Positions 1 to 11,909 of a stretch of 11,909 nucleotides of DNA are shown here, piece by piece (within the stretch, counting starts at the first letter, position 1; each line of letters starts with the position of its first letter). This stretch comes from Candidatus Micrarchaeia archaeon (lineage in GTDB: Archaea; Micrarchaeota; Micrarchaeia; CABMEP01): positions 1-11,909 of the forward strand of contig JAVZXS010000014.1 in NCBI GenBank assembly GCA_038886535.1, read 5' to 3'. The translations under genes were made by a program, and so were the position numbers. Below the pieces are notes generated by a model. That model was not told the DNA's origin and did no database searches. It worked only from the letters and a program-made list of their open reading frames with translations.

Positions 1-2651
1 TTTAGTTTTTTGCCAACATCGGTTTCGCCGATAAAAAGGGTCTCGGTGACGATTTTTTTAGCGGAAATTAAACCCGCTTTGATTTTGCCAATGATAACTT
101 CCGCAAAAGCGCCGATTCTTTCAATAATATCACCGGTTTTTTCATTTTTTACCTGAAAACCTTTTTCTTCATTGCCTTGAATTGAAAAATCACCGGTGGA
201 GGTAAGATAAACATCTGGGTCGTACCAGGAGACATTGACAAAAACCATGATTTTGCCGACATAAATATAATCACTTTCATTAAGCTTATATTCTTTTTTG
301 ATTTCTTCTTTGTTTTCCAAAGAAGAGACGGGGACACGGAAACAGGGTTTTTTAGGATTAGTACCATCATCTTCTGGCCATTTAATTGAAGAGATTGAAG
401 AAACCAAAGGACAATTTTTCTCATTCCAGTGGTCAGTTGATTCTAGAGCTTTGCCAACAACCGGACCGGCTTGGGTGGCTTTCATGCCGAAACCACTCAA
501 ATATGAGGAAGTTATTCTATCACCAATATTTATATTTCCTTTAATTGAAGTAACTTTTGCGGGGACTTTTCCAGCTAAAGCTATTAAGGACTGATTGTCT
601 CTTAATAAAGTATTGTCTTTCAAAAAATTATCTTCATCCTTGGTATTTTTTTTAGCACCAATAATTAACCCAGGACTTGTAGATACAAACCCTAACAGAT
701 ATTTATCATTTTTCTTTTTTGATTTTGTAATTTGTTCTTTTTTAGCACTTTTTTTTATCGAAACCAAATCACCAAACTCAAATTTTTCGTTAGGATTATT
801 ATTATAGTATTCTGCTAAATCAGGTTCGCCAGTACTCCAACCAGACCTTATTCTTCCTTGACCGCTTTCATTAATTGATACTTGCGTTGTTGGTATGTCG
901 GTAGTAGCAGATATTGCGATCCAAAATTTATCATCATCAACCCTAATATCTCTCCTTAAATTTGTACCGGTTCTAAGAACTATTCCTGTTAAGCTATTAG
1001 GGGTTCCTATATCAACAGTACCACCTGTATTTACTTTAAAACGGTAATATGCGTAATATGGACTTGTAGTGCTTGGAATAAATTTTACCACTTCTCTCCA
1101 TCCCTGAGAAGAATGGTATTTGTAAAAACTTAAAGCATTATTATCACCACCATCTATCGTTCCTCTATGTGAAATAGCCCATAGATATCCTGTTTCTGTA
1201 TTATAAAAATATTGACCTGCCGTATAGTTTGCAGTAGTAGTAGTAAGATAACTTAAAGTATGAGTATTTGTTTGGATCCAAAATTTAGGAGGATTTTCAG
1301 CATAAGATGGCGCTGTCGTCCCGATGCCGACGTTGCCAGCAAAGTAGTTTTTATCTCCTGAGTTGCTTTGGTATAAACCAAAAGTATTAGTACCAACAAT
1401 ATCTCCGATATAAACACCATAACCATTAGTAATAGTACCCGCATTTATGCTTGTGCCAAACCAACCACCATATGCATTGGTAACAGTGCCGCCACTGGCG
1501 TAATTATTCGCTAAACCAAATATTCCATAAGCAGATGGCAGAATGCCGGTATTATAATTTCGACCAATACCATATACACCTATAGCATAACTTGAGTTTA
1601 AACTAGTAGCAGTACCATTATATCTTGCTTCTCCAAAGAGACCTTGAATATACTGGCTATATGACCCCACACTATTGACATTTGAGGCAACATAGGCATT
1701 AATTCCTCGATAAGTTTGATTTCCACTTAATGTTTCATCATTAACTGTATTACTGATAGAAGCACCAACTCGGTATCCGTTTCCGGTAAAAGTTTTTGAA
1801 GCATTGATTATTGCAGTAGTTGAGGGAGTGGTTGAAATACCTAAAGTTTCTGTAAATCTTCCATAACCACTAACATCTAAATTATATGCTGGCGCCGTCG
1901 TCCCGATGCCGACTTTGTTATCATTTGTCATAAACATAGTTGAAGTAGAGGAATTATTACGAATATTAAAACCACCAGAACCATAATTGATATACATAAC
2001 ATTATCTGACGAGCGCGGCCACATAAAAGTTTCATAAGTACCTGATGAGTTTTTAGCTTGTAGTGTAGATGCGTTTTCAACTCCAATAGCAGGACTGCCT
2101 ATGATAGTTAATTTTTGTCCCGGCGCCGTCGTCCCGATGCCGACGTTGCCTGAGGAATCAATAGTTACTCTTTCTATTCCACCTGTACCATATCCTGTCT
2201 CTGTAAAAAAACGTAATCTTCCGGAAAAATTATCAATATTCCAATGATTCGTACTTGTAATTAATCGTAAATTTGCACTGTCATTTCCTGTCGTGCCCAA
2301 AATAGATATACTATCCCCATCGTTTGCTTTTATCTCTAATTTTTGCTGAGGATTAGTGATTCCAATGCCGACACTGCCGTTAATATATAAATTCGCATTA
2401 CCGGGGTTATTGGCGCCAATAGCCACTTTTCGAAAAGTTTGAATTTCTTGAGTTCCTCCATGACTTTCGATTTTTAATTGACCAGTAATTGCCAAGGCAG
2501 ATTTAGGTAGTTTTGAAATATCAATTTTTATTTTTGAAGATTTGGATAAATTAATAGCGTAAACAGAAATTAAAATTAAAGAGAATAACAAAATTGCTAA
2601 AAAAGAAAAAGGAAGACGATTTTTAACTTTTTTTTTCCGCTTTTTTTTCAT
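1..2651 (-). CDS. Membrane-anchored or secreted tail-fibre/adhesin-like protein with GNVGIGTTAP repeats and a Peptidase_G2-like C-terminal domain; truncated at the left window edge (>883 aa)
   Basis: Hand translation from ATG 2651 stays open to position 3 with no stop, which is why the ORF track omits it. It begins MKKKRKKKVKNRLPFSFLAILLFSLILISVYAINL (basic stretch, then hydrophobic helix). GxVGIG motifs lie at 2349-2378, 2121-2150, 1890-1919 and 1308-1337. A Gly/Tyr/Asn-rich beta-repeat module (AYGIFGLANNYASGGTVTNAYGGWF...GYGVYIGD) is present. The C-terminal part reads DLAEYY...GDLVSI...LGFVSTSPG...IALAGKVPAKV...GDRITSS...GFGMKAT...VGKALE. Confidence 0.9.
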   Translation of the reverse strand, partial: MKKKRKKKVKNRLPFSFLAILLFSLILISVYAINLSKSSKIKIDISKLPKSALAITGQLKIESHGGTQEIQTFRKVAIGANNPGNANLYINGSVGIGITNPQQKLEIKANDGDSISILGTTGNDSANLRLITSTNHWNIDNFSGRLRFFTETGYGTGGIERVTIDSSGNVGIGTTAPGQKLTIIGSPAIGVENASTLQAKNSSGTYETFMWPRSSDNVMYINYGSGGFNIRNNSSTSTMFMTNDNKVGIGTTAPAYNLDVSGYGRFTETLGISTTPSTTAIINASKTFTGNGYRVGASISNTVNDETLSGNQTYRGINAYVASNVNSVGSYSQYIQGLFGEARYNGTATSLNSSYAIGVYGIGRNYNTGILPSAYGIFGLANNYASGGTVTNAYGGWFGTSINAGTITNGYGVYIGDIVGTNTFGLYQSNSGDKNYFAGNVGIGTTAPSYAENPPKFWIQTNTHTLSYLTTTTANYTAGQYFYNTETGYLWAISHRGTIDGGDNNALSFYKYHSSQGWREVVKFIPSTTSPYYAYYRFKVNTGGTVDIGTPNSLTGIVLRTGTNLRRDIRVDDDKFWIAISATTDIPTTQVSINESGQGRIRSGWSTGEPDLAEYYNNNPNEKFEFGDLVSIKKSAKKEQITKSKKKNDKYLLGFVSTSPGLIIGAKKNTKDEDNFLKDNTLLRDNQSLIALAGKVPAKVTSIKGNINIGDRITSSYLSGFGMKATQAGPVVGKALESTDHWNEKNCPLVSSISSIKWPEDDGTNPKKPCFRVPVSSLENKEEIKKEYKLNESDYIYVGKIMVFVNVSWYDPDVYLTSTGDFSIQGNEEKGFQVKNEKTGDIIERIGAFAEVIIGKIKAGLISAKKIVTETLFIGETDVGKKL
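230..821 (-). other. Peptidase_G2-like intramolecular chaperone / autocleavage domain within the 2651..<1 CDS
   Basis: The motif series DLAEYY, GDLV, GFVSTSPG, ALAGKVPAKV, IGDRITSS, GMKA, VGKALE, GKIMVFV matches my recollection of PF11962-like domains at the C-termini of fibre proteins. Recognised by eye, no HMM run. Confidence 0.6.
1308..1337 (-). repeat. GC-rich 30-bp module-boundary repeat, copy 3 (GGCAACGTCGGCATCGGGACGACAGCGCCA)
   Basis: 28/30 identical to 2121-2150; encodes GNVGIGTTAP. Confidence 0.9.
1890..1919 (-). repeat. GC-rich module-boundary repeat, copy 2 (AACAAAGTCGGCATCGGGACGACGGCGCCA)
   Basis: 1891-1913 is a 23-bp exact match to 2122-2144; encodes NKVGIGTTAP. Confidence 0.9.
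2121..2150 (-). repeat. GC-rich 30-bp module-boundary repeat, copy 1 (GGCAACGTCGGCATCGGGACGACGGCGCCG)
   Basis: 23 of 30 bases are G+C in an AT-rich gene; encodes GNVGIGTTAP. Confidence 0.9.
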
Positions 2652-2690
2652 TTTTTTAAAGAAGTATGTAAATATTGATTGGTTAATTTT

Positions 2691-2719
2691 AAGATAAACA
2701 ATTTTAAAACAGTTGTCAA
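2691..2719 (-). promoter_or_regulatory. Putative sigma70 promoter for the 2651..<1 gene
   Basis: Minus strand shows a perfect -35 TTGACA (2719-2714), a 17-bp spacer and a -10-like TATCTT (2696-2691), 40 bp upstream of the ATG. Confidence 0.6.
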
Positions 2720-2744
2720 GAGGGAAAACACCTAACCCTTAATA

Positions 2745-2814
2745 AAATCTTAAATCTTAAATCTCAAATCTCAAATCTTAAATCTTAAATCCTAAATCCT
2801 AAATCCTAAATCCT
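2745..2814. repeat. Intergenic heptamer tandem array (AAATCYY)x10
   Basis: AAATCTT x2, AAATCTC x2, AAATCTT x2, AAATCCT x4, then degenerate units to about 2842. Confidence 0.95.
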
Positions 2815-2937
2815 AAAACCATATCTTAAATCTATAAATCTTTAATCAATCCTTAAATAACTAAGATAACCAAATTCTCTCCTTATAGCGAAATCCTCTA
2901 TAAGTGATAAAATCCAAATAAAATTAAAAAAATTCAT

Positions 2938-3030
2938 TAACTCGCTAACTCGTTAACTCGCTAATTCTTTAATTTTTTAATTTTTTTAATAATTTAACTC
3001 GTAAACTCGCTAACCCGCTAACTCGCTAAC
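2938..3030. repeat. Two octamer tandem arrays (TAACTCGY) just downstream of the giant gene's stop codon
   Basis: 2938-2967 reads taactcgc taactcgt taactcgc taattc; 2995-3030 reads taactcgt aaactcgc taacccgc taactcgc taac. An A/T-only spacer separates them. Confidence 0.95.
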
Positions 3031-3033
3031 TTT

Positions 3034-9549
<6,516 letters not shown>

Positions 9550-9633
9550 ATTTCTGGTATAGACTAATTTTCAGATTTAACAGGTTATTTTCTTTGTAAA
9601 ATTCTTTTATTAAAACTTGTCTTAGGCCTAAAT

Positions 9634-9687
9634 AAGTTAAAAGTTTAAAATTCAAAGTTGAAAATTTCAGTTCAAAATTCAAAGTTT
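9634..9687. repeat. Heptamer array forming the downstream arm of the four-helix-bundle gene
   Basis: aagtt aaaagtt taaaatt caaagtt gaaaattt cagtt caaaatt caaagtt, abutting the TGA stop; inverted relative to 10069-10129. Confidence 0.85.
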
Positions 9688-10068
9688 TCATAGTTTATTT
9701 TTTCCTTTTAAACTAGTAATACTTGCTCCTAAAATTTTGGCTAATTCATCGGTTTCTTTTAATATTTCATTAATTTCAAAAATTAAATTATTATCCAGCT
9801 CTTTACTTAGAGCTAACCAAAATTTACTTTCATTGGCGCTTTTTAAAGCATGATTTAGAAAATTAATAAAATCTTTTTTAGAACTGGCGGATTGAGCTTC
9901 AATAACATTGCTTCCAATTAAAGTACCTGCTCTTAAAAGCTGGTCAGTTATTACCCAGGCAGAGCGCTTATTGGGAAATTTATCAACTAAAACAATAATT
10001 CTTCGAGCTAAATTAAAAACTCTTCTTATTAGTTGTTTTTTGAACTTTTCATTGGTTAATTTTTTCAT
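9688..10068 (-). CDS. Four-helix-bundle protein (TIGR02436 / PF05635 23S rRNA IVP-like family)
   Basis: 126 aa carrying the family pattern R.F.LA..II.LV..FP....W.I.DQLLRAGT.IGSNVIEAQSASSKKDFINFL..ALKSANESKFWL.L...E..EL.KIL..SI. Confidence 0.9.
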   Translation of the reverse strand: MKKLTNEKFKKQLIRRVFNLARRIIVLVDKFPNKRSAWVITDQLLRAGTLIGSNVIEAQSASSKKDFINFLNHALKSANESKFWLALSKELDNNLIFEINEILKETDELAKILGASITSLKGKNKL

Positions 10069-10129
10069 AACTTTAATAACTTTAAACTTTAAATTGTAAC
10101 TTTTAACTTTTAACTTTGAACTTTGAACT
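10069..10129. repeat. Heptamer array (AACTTTD) forming the upstream arm of the four-helix-bundle gene
   Basis: AACTTTA at 10069, 10078 and 10085; AACTTTT at 10098 and 10105; AACTTTG at 10112 and 10119; AACT at 10126. It abuts the ATG. Confidence 0.9.
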
Positions 10130-10140
10130 AATTAAGGTTT

Positions 10141-11909
10141 TTATTGTCCAAATCTTATGGCTGAACTTTCATTGTATAAATTTTTAATTTGAACGGGCGT
10201 TAAAGCATAATTGTAAATCCGAACATCATCAATTTGCCCCGCATATCTTTCGCTGGCATTTGATCTTTGGCCGATATTTACATTAGTTGAGTTACTGCTG
10301 GTAATACTACCGGTGCGGGAATTGCTGGCAACTTGTGAGCCGTTAAGATAAAGTTTGATATTACTGCCGTCATAAGTACAGATAAGATGAGACCAGGTAT
10401 TATTAGGAAGGGTAGAGGAATATACCGCGGTATTGCCGGTATCACCAACTTGACAGGTTGGATAGCCGTTGGAGTCGGTATAAAGCCGGAATTCTCCACC
10501 TTTGTGAATTAAGGTTTTGCCGGTTTGATTATTTGTCGCTTTTACCCAAGCGGCCCAAGAAACATTAGAATAATTTTGAGAGTCAGCGGTAATTAGAGCA
10601 ATATTGCCGGTAGCAACATAGTCGTCTGTTCCATCAAAATTTAAACTGGCGTTAAATTTTCCATTAACACCATTGTACCAAGCACCAGAGGAGGTACAAG
10701 TTCCTGCGGAAGTTTGGCTTCCCGAAGCGCCAATGGTAATGGTACCATTATTGTTATTTCCTGATGAATCATAAGCGGTTGTTCCTTGGCATTCATCAAA
10801 TTTCCAATGAGCAATTGGTGCGCCTCGATTATAATCCCAAGCAATCTGAGCGGGCGTTCGGGCGTAGTTGTAGATTTTAAAATTATCAATCAAACCCTTA
10901 AACCATTCATATGGAGATAAATTCATACTCCCCATTCTAAAATAACCAGAAGGCGTTTTTAAATTACCACTAGTATCTAATTCGACGTTTAAAATGCCGT
11001 CAATATATAGTTTTGCTTTATTATTATTAGCATCATAGACTCCTTCTAAATGATGCCAGGTGTTGTAAGGAAGAATATTGTTTGAATACAAATCATATCT
11101 TGTTCCTGAAGTATTAAAGAAAAACAAAACTACTTTTCCTTTATTAGCTCCATAAGCTGGTCCTAAAACGTGAGCGTAAGCTGATATTGGTCCGGGATAA
11201 CCACCAGTGCCGTTGGTAAAAAACTGAGGATAATCTATCGTTGGCATTGGATTTTTAAACCAGAATGAGTAAGTAATACTATTTGAGGTGATTGTATTCA
11301 TTTGAACATAATCATCCACTCCATCAAAACTTAAAGCGGAGCCTATTTTTCCCTGAGTCCAACTTGGGCCATTCATCAGGGTGCCTGAGTTTCCATTTCC
11401 GCTAATATCATAAGCATACTGTCCTTGTTTTTCATCAAATTTCCACTCCGCCACCGGTGGAGCGCAGTAATCGCTAGAACCAGGAACGCAGTATTCCGCT
11501 GAGGCGGAATTTGAGGCAACAGAACCGCCGGAGAGTGCCGAGGTATCTGATAAGCTTCCCAACACTATTGCAGAACCTCGGTTATATTCTTGTTTTATTT
11601 CATCTTCAGAGAGAGCGTAATTGTAGATTTTGACTTCGTCGATAAGGCCAATGTAACTGGCAGCGCCAATATTAACTGAAGTTCCAAAACTGACTCCGGT
11701 AGTTGAGCTAGCGGTTTGTTTGCCATTTTGATAAATCTTACAAACATTGGCCCCGTCTGAAATAACAACAATGTGTGTCCAGTGATTTAAAGGAATAACT
11801 GTTCCAGTGCAATTACCGTAAACTGGTCGTGAAGAAGAATCGGTTGTTAATTTGCTGGCTGTTATTAAAGTTTTACTAGCGACGTTGGTATTAGGATTAA
11901 GCCAAAGAG
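10141..11909 (-). CDS. Multi-LamG (concanavalin A-like lectin / laminin G3) domain protein; its start lies beyond the right window edge
   Basis: The frame of the 474-aa track ORF stays open to the edge (LWLNPNT...NHWTHIVVISDG...KIYQNG...YIGLIDEVKIYNYALSEDEIKQEYNRGS). This gives at least three LamG-like units with W.FDE..G..AYD.SGN, AL.FDG.DDYV, W.H, and G.ID..KIYNYA motifs; the first unit is partial. Confidence 0.92.
   Translation of the reverse strand, partial: LWLNPNTNVASKTLITASKLTTDSSSRPVYGNCTGTVIPLNHWTHIVVISDGANVCKIYQNGKQTASSTTGVSFGTSVNIGAASYIGLIDEVKIYNYALSEDEIKQEYNRGSAIVLGSLSDTSALSGGSVASNSASAEYCVPGSSDYCAPPVAEWKFDEKQGQYAYDISGNGNSGTLMNGPSWTQGKIGSALSFDGVDDYVQMNTITSNSITYSFWFKNPMPTIDYPQFFTNGTGGYPGPISAYAHVLGPAYGANKGKVVLFFFNTSGTRYDLYSNNILPYNTWHHLEGVYDANNNKAKLYIDGILNVELDTSGNLKTPSGYFRMGSMNLSPYEWFKGLIDNFKIYNYARTPAQIAWDYNRGAPIAHWKFDECQGTTAYDSSGNNNNGTITIGASGSQTSAGTCTSSGAWYNGVNGKFNASLNFDGTDDYVATGNIALITADSQNYSNVSWAAWVKATNNQTGKTLIHKGGEFRLYTDSNGYPTCQVGDTGNTAVYSSTLPNNTWSHLICTYDGSNIKLYLNGSQVASNSRTGSITSSNSTNVNIGQRSNASERYAGQIDDVRIYNYALTPVQIKNLYNESSAIRFGQ

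Noticed and set aside
149..1444. Track ORFs 149..424, 298..594, 595..807 and 1253..1444
   Set aside because: All overlap the long 2651..<1 CDS in antisense or alternative frames and show no recognisable motifs.
1308..2150. CRISPR array formed by the 30-bp GC-rich repeats
   Set aside because: Spacings are 231 and 582 bp, the repeats are in frame in a CDS, and no cas genes are present.
2745..3030. CRISPR array or replication iterons in the intergenic repeats
   Set aside because: Units are 7-8 bp and contiguous with no spacers, and there is no rep or dnaA gene nearby.
9622..9631. 10-bp palindrome TTAGGCCTAA upstream of the giant gene as an operator
   Set aside because: It is a single short palindrome that could arise by chance, and I found no convincing promoter next to it.
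9688..10068. A true 23S rRNA intervening sequence
   Set aside because: The flanks are protein-coding genes and AT-rich repeats, with no rRNA sequence.
9908..10889. Track ORFs 9908..10099, 10278..10499 and 10641..10889
   Set aside because: They are antisense or out-of-frame overlaps of the four-helix-bundle and LamG genes.
11563..11565. GTG at 11565 as the start of the LamG gene
   Set aside because: The frame stays open and LamG-like up to the window edge, so the real start is upstream.

Overview
This AT-rich bacterial window has four genes, all on the minus strand; TGA serves as a stop codon, so the standard code applies. The architecture resembles surface-fibre loci of Patescibacteria/CPR (Microgenomates-like), which is an inference. 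In transcription order the genes are: (1) a multi-LamG protein that is open at the right edge (>11909..10141); (2) a 126-aa four-helix-bundle protein (TIGR02436 / 23S-IVP-like) bracketed by inverted 7-mer repeat arms; (3) a 2171-aa membrane-anchored fibre-like protein whose N-terminus resembles a tyrosine-recombinase core-binding (SAM-like) domain; (4) a >883-aa fibre-like protein absent from the ORF track (2651..<1), with GNVGIGTT repeats and a Peptidase_G2-like C-terminal domain. The most unusual signals are at nucleotide level. Three near-identical, very GC-rich 30-bp sites bound in-frame modules in gene 4. Many 7/8-mer tandem micro-arrays occur, two pairs of which form long-range inverted repeats that could pair in the mRNA. 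No reverse transcriptase, catalytic recombinase, CRISPR array or RNA gene is visible.
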